NCBI GenBank assembly: GCA_027923505.1
Contig: BROI01000017.1
Coordinates: 496,001 to 560,000 of the forward strand
Source of the DNA: Mayamaea pseudoterrestris
Taxonomy: Eukaryota
Direction: 5' to 3'
Length of the DNA stretch: 64,000 nucleotides
A model generated the notes under the pieces. That model worked only from the letters and a program-made list of their open reading frames with translations, was not told the DNA's origin and made no database searches. Shown here piece after piece: positions 58,040 through 64,000 of the stretch (the first letter of the stretch is position 1; each line of letters starts with the position of its first letter). The position numbers were made by a program, and so were the translations under genes.

Positions 58040-59797
58040 ATGGATGGAGAGCTGATCGTTCCGATCATTATTACTCTCCAGAATCTTTGGCGCAGTGTAA
58101 CTTTCTTGGATACGGCGCTATGTACAATTATAGTCTTTCCGATCGCTGGTTTGCTTGCAATATATATTCAACGGCGTAGAATATACAAGCGTCTCACTGC
58201 TTGCGGCCTACCCACTGTTTACTGGCGACCAAAGTTTGGCACCTTCAATCCATCCAACGCCGGCGACTCGATCAGCAAGCTACCTAGCTCGACGATTACC
58301 AACATTTTGCCGCGAATGGAGCGACTCAAAGGACCTTACGGCATGTATGGGACCGTTTACGGATGGAACACGCCAGTCATTCACATTGCGCATCCAGTTC
58401 CTGCACGAGCAGTACTTTCGTCGACAACAAACATTGACAAGAGCAGCAACAACAAGACACACTCCGTCATACAAAACTCTAGTGGCGCGACCAAAGCTCC
58501 AGCCTACAATCACTTCAAAAACTTCTGTGGTGATGGAGTATTTACGGCCGATGGCGACGATTGGAAGGCCAAGCGCGCGGCCGTCACACATGCTTTGCTG
58601 AGAGTAAATGGAGGATACGAAGCTGCCATAGAAAAGGAGTCGCATCTTGCTTTGCAGAGAGTATTAAAAATTTTGGACCTGGCTTCGAACAGTGACAAAA
58701 AAATCAACATTGTCCCGCTGCTTCAGAGAGCGACGATTGGACTCATCTATCGATATATAACGCACAGCGATTTGGATGCAAGGATAGATGAACCTTTATC
58801 GCCGAGCAATGCAACAAAAGGGATGGAACAAACAGCGCCGGATCGACTGATTGCATCATATTTGCAGTCAATTACTCGGATCCGAATGATTATTCTTGCA
58901 CAGTCACGATCCATATGGTTTCTCCTACCAAGGTGGTGCTATCGACTATTCTCGTCAATGTATCGGGAAGAAGAGCGAACCATGGAGTCAATACGCATTG
59001 TTTCAGCGCAAGCATGTCGAAATGCATTGCCTGGATCACCGCTCGCCATGCTTCAAGAGCGACCGATTTATGCGGCTCCTGCCTTGCAATCATTATCCAA
59101 AAACATTTTAGACGAAGCAATAACGCTACTGTTTGCGGGTCAGGACACTAGCGCGGCAACACTTTCATGGACGCTCCATTTGCTTAGCCTCTATCCGTCA
59201 ATACAAGACAAGCTCGCTCGAGAAGTCCGTTCTGTGCTGGATACGCAGGAAGAAAATGCGCATGTGACCAAGAAACAAATTTCCAGCATGCCATACTTGG
59301 ATGCCGTCATTAAAGAGTCAATGAGATTATATCCAGTAGCACCCTTTGTTGTCCGCAAACTTCCGTCAGACCTAATCGTCCTTGACGAGACAAATTGTTC
59401 GATAACCTTGCCCTCGCAATCATTCGTTTGTGTTTGGATCTACGGCATGCATCATCACCCAAAGTTTTGGAAAAGCCCCGACGACTTTCGACCTGAGCGA
59501 TGGCTTGAAACAGATCCCAATCAACGTGACGAGGGAATATATAACGGCGCCTATATGCCCTTTGCGCTTGGACCGCGGAACTGCCTGGGACAGCCGTTGG
59601 CACATGTGATTCTGCGAGTATTTTTGTCGCAGCTTATTTGCAAATACAAGTTTGTAGACAATCGGTTGAGCGGCAATGGCTCTGATCCAATCGATTTTCG
59701 GAAGGATATGCAGGCAGGCTTCACGGTTCTGCCGCAAGATGGCGTTCACCTGTCTGTACTCAAGCGACTAGAAGCTGAGATAGATCTTAAATTATGA
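58040..59797 (+). CDS. Cytochrome P450
   Basis: N-terminal TM anchor; I-helix AGQDTS, ExxR (ESMR), PERW, heme motif FALGPRNCLG. Confidence 0.96.
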   Translation: MDGELIVPIIITLQNLWRSVTFLDTALCTIIVFPIAGLLAIYIQRRRIYKRLTACGLPTVYWRPKFGTFNPSNAGDSISKLPSSTITNILPRMERLKGPYGMYGTVYGWNTPVIHIAHPVPARAVLSSTTNIDKSSNNKTHSVIQNSSGATKAPAYNHFKNFCGDGVFTADGDDWKAKRAAVTHALLRVNGGYEAAIEKESHLALQRVLKILDLASNSDKKINIVPLLQRATIGLIYRYITHSDLDARIDEPLSPSNATKGMEQTAPDRLIASYLQSITRIRMIILAQSRSIWFLLPRWCYRLFSSMYREEERTMESIRIVSAQACRNALPGSPLAMLQERPIYAAPALQSLSKNILDEAITLLFAGQDTSAATLSWTLHLLSLYPSIQDKLAREVRSVLDTQEENAHVTKKQISSMPYLDAVIKESMRLYPVAPFVVRKLPSDLIVLDETNCSITLPSQSFVCVWIYGMHHHPKFWKSPDDFRPERWLETDPNQRDEGIYNGAYMPFALGPRNCLGQPLAHVILRVFLSQLICKYKFVDNRLSGNGSDPIDFRKDMQAGFTVLPQDGVHLSVLKRLEAEIDLKL

Positions 59798-60228
59798 TAG
59801 AGCTTTATCTTGTACAAAAGTGCCATTACCAGCGACTCCGCGCAGGGAGGAGTCTTTACGTGGTGACAGCATGGTTCCAACAAATTGTTTGCTTGTAGTA
59901 ATAGCGAGTCTGGTAAGCATCCCAGGATCCCCAGCTGCGATCCAAGCACTTTAATGGAACATGCAGGACTTGCATCATCATTATTTATTTCGACCATCCC
60001 TGGTGGACAAAAGGTAGCAAGAGTCTTAGTGGTTCTGATGTGTGTCGTAGCGATTCTTAATTCCGTACGACGAGCAGACGCCGACGAGCGCCACGAAACG
60101 ATCCGTCGCGCAAATGAACGTGAATCATCGCGACGCGGAACGTTCTCCGTTGATTGCAAGCCGAGCGTTGCCTATTATTTCTTCCTCATTGTATCCTCCT
60201 ACTCATTCAAGGTTTTAGTTGCTCCATC

Positions 60229-61740
60229 ATGTCGTCCTTTAAAGATTCGGTATGTCAACAGATGTGTGCTGTGTGATGGAGTGTTCTTTATTGAGTGATT
60301 CCTAATCCGATTTGCTCCCTCGTTGCTCCCACCCATTATTAACAGGAATTCCGCGGGCTTGTCTCTCTCGAAGACCACGATCCCGAGCTCTACGACTTGA
60401 TTGAGCAGGAGAAGCGTCGCCAATGGCGGTCCTTGGAGCTGATTGCGAGCGAAAATTTTACGAGCCGCGCCGTCATGGAGTGCCTTGGGTCGGCGCTTAC
60501 CAACAAATACGCGGAAGGCTTGCCGCATGCGCGCTACTATGGAGGTAATGAAGTGGTCGATCAGGTTGAAATTCTCTGCCAGACGCGAGCCTTGGCAGCG
60601 TATGGACTTGACCCTGAGCAGTGGGGAGTGAACGTTCAGCCCTACTCTGGTTCGCCGGCCAACTTTGCCGTCTACACTGGATTGCTCAAGCCGCATGATC
60701 GCATCATGGGTTTGGATCTTCCATCTGGTGGACACTTGACGCATGGATTCTATACCTTGAACAAAAAGGAAGGAACACGTAAGGCCGTCTCAGCCACGTC
60801 GTTGTACTTTGAGAGTCTTCCTTATCGTGTGCATCCCGAGTCTGGTTTGATTGACTACGACCAGCTTGACCGTGACGCTGGATTGTTTAAGCCTGCCATG
60901 GTCATCTGCGGAGGATCAGCGTACCCGCGTGACTATGATTACAAGCGTTTCCGTGAAATTGCTGATGCGAATGGAGCATTGTTGATGATGGACATGGCAC
61001 ACACCAGTGGGTTGGTTGCCACGGGCTTGCTCGCAAGTCCATTTGAGTACGCTGACATTGTCACCACAACGACTCACAAGTCGCTTCGTGGTCCACGCTC
61101 GGGAATGATCTTTTTCCGCAAGGACGCGCGTGGCTTTGAAGGCAAGATTAATCAAGCTGTCTTTCCGGCTCTCCAGGGAGGTCCGCATGAGCATCAAATT
61201 GCCGGTGTTGCCACGCAACTCAAGGAGGTTGCCACTCCGGAGTTTAAGGTTTACTCGGAGCAAGTGATCAAGAATGCGCAAGCGTTGTCCAAGAAGTTGA
61301 CGTCTTTGGGCTATGCCATGGCAACTGGAGGCACAGATAATCATTTGGTCTTGTGGGATCTTAAGCCGCAAGGCTTGACGGGAAGCAAGTTTGAGAAATT
61401 GTGCGATGCTGTCTCTATTACATTGAACAAGAACTGCGTACCAGGCGATGTCTCGGCTATCACTCCCGGCGGTGTCCGCATTGGAACGCCAGCGCTTACA
61501 ACTCGAAAGATGGTAGAGTCGGATTTTGAGCAGATTGGCGATTTTTTGCATGAGGCCATTCTTATCGCTAAGAAGCTGCAGGAGCAAAGTGGACCAAAGT
61601 TGAAGGATTTCCTCGCGCTGCTTGAGAAAAATGAAGAAGTTGATGCTTTGCAAAAGAAGGTGCACGAATTTGCTAGCTCTTTCCCCATGCCTGGCTTCGA
61701 CCCATCATCAATGAAGTACAATGACTGCCATGGCGCATAA
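60229..61740 (+). CDS. SHMT: Serine hydroxymethyltransferase (no targeting peptide, probably cytosolic); intron 60250-60345
   Basis: [57 protein letters not shown]. Confidence 0.98.
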
Positions 61741-62132
61741 TTTTAGAAGATGATCCTGTTACTTTTAGTTGGTTTTTGTTAGGTTCACCTACTCTCATGA
61801 TCAATTTATTCTATAACTGAAGCATGGCGCAAACTTCTTCCGTATGGTTTCGGTCAGGAGGCAGCAGCCAGCTCAGGCTCAAGTTTAAAATTGATCGGCA
61901 AAAGGCAGTCGGAAGTAAACTGCTATGTCTCCAACGGATCCATGTAGATATTACAGATTCATCGCGGTCTCCAGATGTAAACAAACAACATCACAGCATT
62001 GGAAAGCGCCGCCTGAGACGCTTCGACAAGATGGCATGCGTCTCGTCACACTTAACAGCTGCGTTGTTTTGCTCAAAAGACATTTTTCACACCCATCGGC
62101 TAGACGTACGGCCCAAGGCAAGGTCCACATAC

Positions 62133-64000
62133 TCAGATTTCGCGCACAAACGTCAAGACACCAAACCGCGGATTCACGGTATCGATTCTTAGTCGCAGCT
62201 TCGCACCCGGGTCAAGACGTGCTGCTGGGGACGTGTAACGATGTTCGAGACCCAGCTCTTCCACAAAAATGGCGTATCTTCTTCGCTCTGGATCGACCGC
62301 ACCAAGTACGAGCGCCATGTACGTCCGGTCAGGTTCCTGCGTAGAAAGGCGTCGCAGGTATTCGTACAGCCAGTATTGCTGGGATTGGCGCTGAAGTGTG
62401 CGCGCTGCGCCCTGCAAGCCCAATCCTTCGAGAGGGTTTGTGTCTTGATCCAGATCATGCCTACTAAAAGACATGTTCGCTAAGACGCCAACAGTTAAGG
62501 TGCCATCCGGGAAGCCAAAATCGCTGTCCCGCAGCTGAACCGGAAGCAACTGCTCTTGCTCAATAAGAACGTATGCGCGTTCGCGTCGAAGGCACCGTTT
62601 GATGGTTCGATGCGTCAAAAGATCACTGTAACGCCTAATTGGTGACGTCCATTGGACGTAACTTCTCAATCCTAGACCAGAATGCGGGCCAGGTTCGTCA
62701 GCAATTTTTAGCGATTGTAAAAACCGACGTGCATACCAGGTATAGCAGTAGCCACCACCCACGTTATATTTCAAAAGATCTCTCGCGACTCCATGCTCCC
62801 GAGCGCGAGATTTGAAATCAGGACTAGGTTGCGTTCGATAAGGTAAAGAAAGACTGTTTGGAAACTTCTTGGCAAGTGTTCTTTTTCGACCATTTTCCAA
62901 GTTCTCCTTCCAAATTCCAATGCCTTCTCCAGCAACAATCATCGACTCTGTCACTAGCAGAGTCGCGTCGGAGACATGGGTACAATCATCGTTTGAGTCG
63001 TCGGTTTCGTCAACGACAGTCTGATTCCTTCCCGCATTATGAGAGACGTCAACCGAAAGTGAGATTCCGATACCATCTGGTGACGCTCTGTCTTTGTATG
63101 CTGTGATTGTTGAGAACGGAATTGGTTTGCGAACGACTCCTTCAATCGACCCATTTCTGACGCGATAATTTCTCCGTCTCGTTGCCATGTCGAACAATGC
63201 ACCCAATTCCCATTCCTCCTGGTATGCAACACCCTCGGAAAGCATTTCGTCTGCATCCTCATAAGTGAGTCGATAGTCAACTCTTATCAACGATGGGGTT
63301 ATGAGCACGCTGCTAGGATCTATCGATCCATCCTCATTCAGCTCCACTCCCATGGATAACGCGCACGCGTCTTGTCCCGCAATAAGCGACATGGCATCGG
63401 AACTCATTGTCGAAGGAAGCATAGGAAAAGTTCCTGTAGGCAGGTACAATGATGTGAAACGCTTTCTCGCTACATTGTCCCACAACTCCGTCGTCATGTG
63501 GCGTTCGGCGTCAGCGATGTGAATCCAGTACCTTTGCTTCGTTGCTCCTCCATCGCGTCGTATGATTTCAACCGAGACACCGTCATCAATTTCGGATGTG
63601 GAAGCGCCATCTATTGTAAACATTTTGAGATGACGCAAATCTCGTCGGATACCCAAAAGCGCGTCAACATCCTCCTTGGGATTTTTGGCAGCGATCTCCG
63701 CCGCTTGTATCTCTCGTCGTGAGAAATGGATTGGAAAGCCGCTCCGAAGAAGAGCAAGGTCTTCATGCTTTGTAAACACACGCATCTCCAAAAGTAGATC
63801 GAAGGCACCCTGCGGTGTGCGCTTGTATAAAAGTGTACCAAGGAGCTCGATTGCCGGCGTCCGGTCTACTCGATACTTGAGACGCCGTATGCTATCGCTG
63901 TTCCACGATTCCAAATCCTGCATTGCTAGACTAGTATCGAATCTATCATCCAAATGTGCGACAAGCTTTCGAAGCTGCTCCGGATGCCCGGTAAGTCCAA
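62133..64000 (-). CDS. RNase II/R (RNB domain) exoribonuclease, 5' end beyond the window
   Basis: RRDLRHL..FTIDGASTSEIDDGVS, IHIAD, SLYLP....PMLP, HSGLGL..YVQWTSPIRRYSDL. Confidence 0.92.
   Translation of the reverse strand, partial: GLTGHPEQLRKLVAHLDDRFDTSLAMQDLESWNSDSIRRLKYRVDRTPAIELLGTLLYKRTPQGAFDLLLEMRVFTKHEDLALLRSGFPIHFSRREIQAAEIAAKNPKEDVDALLGIRRDLRHLKMFTIDGASTSEIDDGVSVEIIRRDGGATKQRYWIHIADAERHMTTELWDNVARKRFTSLYLPTGTFPMLPSTMSSDAMSLIAGQDACALSMGVELNEDGSIDPSSVLITPSLIRVDYRLTYEDADEMLSEGVAYQEEWELGALFDMATRRRNYRVRNGSIEGVVRKPIPFSTITAYKDRASPDGIGISLSVDVSHNAGRNQTVVDETDDSNDDCTHVSDATLLVTESMIVAGEGIGIWKENLENGRKRTLAKKFPNSLSLPYRTQPSPDFKSRAREHGVARDLLKYNVGGGYCYTWYARRFLQSLKIADEPGPHSGLGLRSYVQWTSPIRRYSDLLTHRTIKRCLRRERAYVLIEQEQLLPVQLRDSDFGFPDGTLTVGVLANMSFSRHDLDQDTNPLEGLGLQGAARTLQRQSQQYWLYEYLRRLSTQEPDRTYMALVLGAVDPERRRYAIFVEELGLEHRYTSPAARLDPGAKLRLRIDTVNPRFGVLTFVREI

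Noticed and set aside
50355..61740. Cofactor gene cluster (PTPS-III, CoaX, SHMT, P450)
   Set aside because: The genes belong to different pathways and are interleaved with unrelated genes. There is no evidence of a functional cluster.
16831..63841. Many antisense or nested ORFs of 60-250 aa (e.g. 21361-21978, 37924-38520, 40384-40980, 60916-61665)
   Set aside because: They are shadows of well-supported genes on the opposite strand or in another frame.

Overview
Eukaryotic nuclear DNA, most consistent with a pennate diatom: compact genes, short introns, bipartite signal-peptide+F/W plastid presequences and a nucleus-encoded plastid sigma factor. Positions 685-14366 are an array of about 81 copies of a 169-bp, nucleosome-sized satellite. 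It is rich in dyad symmetry and CpG-depleted, with a homogeneous core and an older monomer type shared by both edges, so it is a candidate satellite centromere or heterochromatin block. A 51-bp inverted-repeat element follows it. The remaining ~49 kb holds about 24 tightly packed, mostly head-to-head genes. These include a selenoprotein T with an in-frame UGA and an atypical SECIS (missed by the ORF track), GrpE, XPG/RAD2, large NAD-GDH, a PPR protein, a probably inactive IGPS paralogue, SWEET, an Mpv17 pseudogene and a PHD-PWWP protein. They also include a RING E3, a HOP2-like protein, INTS1, PTPS-III, an FGGY kinase, sigma-70, a type III pantothenate kinase fused to two Tudor-like domains, a P450, SHMT and an RNB exoribonuclease. 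Intron boundaries and family assignments were made by eye; no searches were run.
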